Virus record (IMG/VR): IMGVR_UViG_3300011336_000323
Location: 1 to 33,066 of that record
Length of the DNA: 33,066 bases
Source of the DNA: a virus
Taxonomy: Duplodnaviria; Caudoviricetes
Reading direction: 5' to 3' (one strand)
Position numbers and translations under genes: made by a program. The first letter of the stretch is position 1, and every line of letters begins with the position of its first letter. A model generated the notes under the pieces. That model was not told the origin of the DNA. It did no database searches and worked only from the letters and a program-made list of their open reading frames with translations. Shown piece by piece: positions 32,724 to 33,066 of this stretch.

Positions 32724-33066
32724 TCAACCAAAAAAGTATTTGCCAGCCAACCCGCCAGCCGTTCCCAGCATCCCGTAAAGCCCGGCATTCTGCGCGTTGG
32801 CGTTTGCCGACTGGATGCCGTATTGATCCATAGCCGATTGGCCAGCTGCTTGGGCTCCGGCAAATACTGGAGCAGGAGCAATATTGGTCGGCTGGTAGCC
32901 CTGGAATTGCGGCATCTGGATCTGCGAGCCTGACATCAACCCGGTGATTTCGTTAAGCGGCTGCTGGCGCAGGAATGACTGGCGCTGCAGCTCGGCCTGC
33001 TGGGCTGCGTTCTGCGCGCCCATCTGCGCACTTGCTTCATTAAATCCTTGCGCTCTGGCGCCGGTA
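32724..33066 (-). CDS. C-terminal part of the pilot/ejection protein that begins at 884
   Basis: Same frame across the terminal overlap. Confidence 0.75.
   Translation of the reverse strand, partial: TGARAQGFNEASAQMGAQNAAQQAELQRQSFLRQQPLNEITGLMSGSQIQMPQFQGYQPTNIAPAPVFAGAQAAGQSAMDQYGIQSANANAQNAGLYGMLGTAGGLAGKYFFG
32746..33066. repeat. Terminal overlap, copy 2
   Basis: See 1-321. Confidence 0.95.

Larger units (their letters stand above)
1..33066. mobile_element. Tailed dsDNA bacteriophage genome (podovirus-like, ~32,745 bp unit length, circularly permuted assembly)
   Basis: terL, portal, capsid, nozzle, lysis and recombination genes in phage order; end-to-end overlap of 321 bp; no flanking host genes. 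Confidence 0.95.

Noticed and set aside
32746-33066. Diverged repeat pair as a diversity-generating retroelement TR/VR or as true direct terminal repeats
   Set aside because: Differences are synonymous and not adenine-specific, no reverse transcriptase is present, and the repeat lies mid-gene at the contig ends, as expected for an assembly overlap

Overview
The window is a near-complete, circularly permuted ~32.7 kb tailed dsDNA phage genome. Bases 1-321 recur at 32746-33066 with 11 differences, all synonymous. The layout is podovirus-like, with no tape measure or sheath genes. A long leftward (- strand) late operon runs from a ferritin-like gene through terS, terL, portal, scaffold, major capsid, adaptor, nozzle, GNAT, ejection proteins and tail fibre to holins and an M15 endolysin. 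A second leftward block holds cro, an alphaCTD-like gene, a DUF1376 initiator, a P-like loader, HNH, NinB, Ref and a resolvase. A rightward early block holds ERF, YqaJ, SSB, a Lar-like gene and many micro-ORFs. No integrase, CI, DNA polymerase, tRNA or CRISPR was seen. Highlights: (1) the major capsid gene is split by a 694-nt group I intron whose core helices can be paired by eye and which carries a GIY-YIG homing endonuclease in P8; (2) a ~1.25 kb bacterial-looking fragment with an intact HTH-ImmA/IrrE (RmrA-like) metallopeptidase gene, but only stubs of its neighbours, has replaced part of the Ref nuclease gene, in frame; (3) three single small genes in the early region are bracketed by 21-27 bp direct repeats built from RBS/start-codon sequence; (4) glycosyl- and methyltransferase genes sit inside the head operon; (5) the phage encodes an RNA polymerase alphaCTD-like protein. 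All family assignments come from motif recognition by eye, not from database searches.
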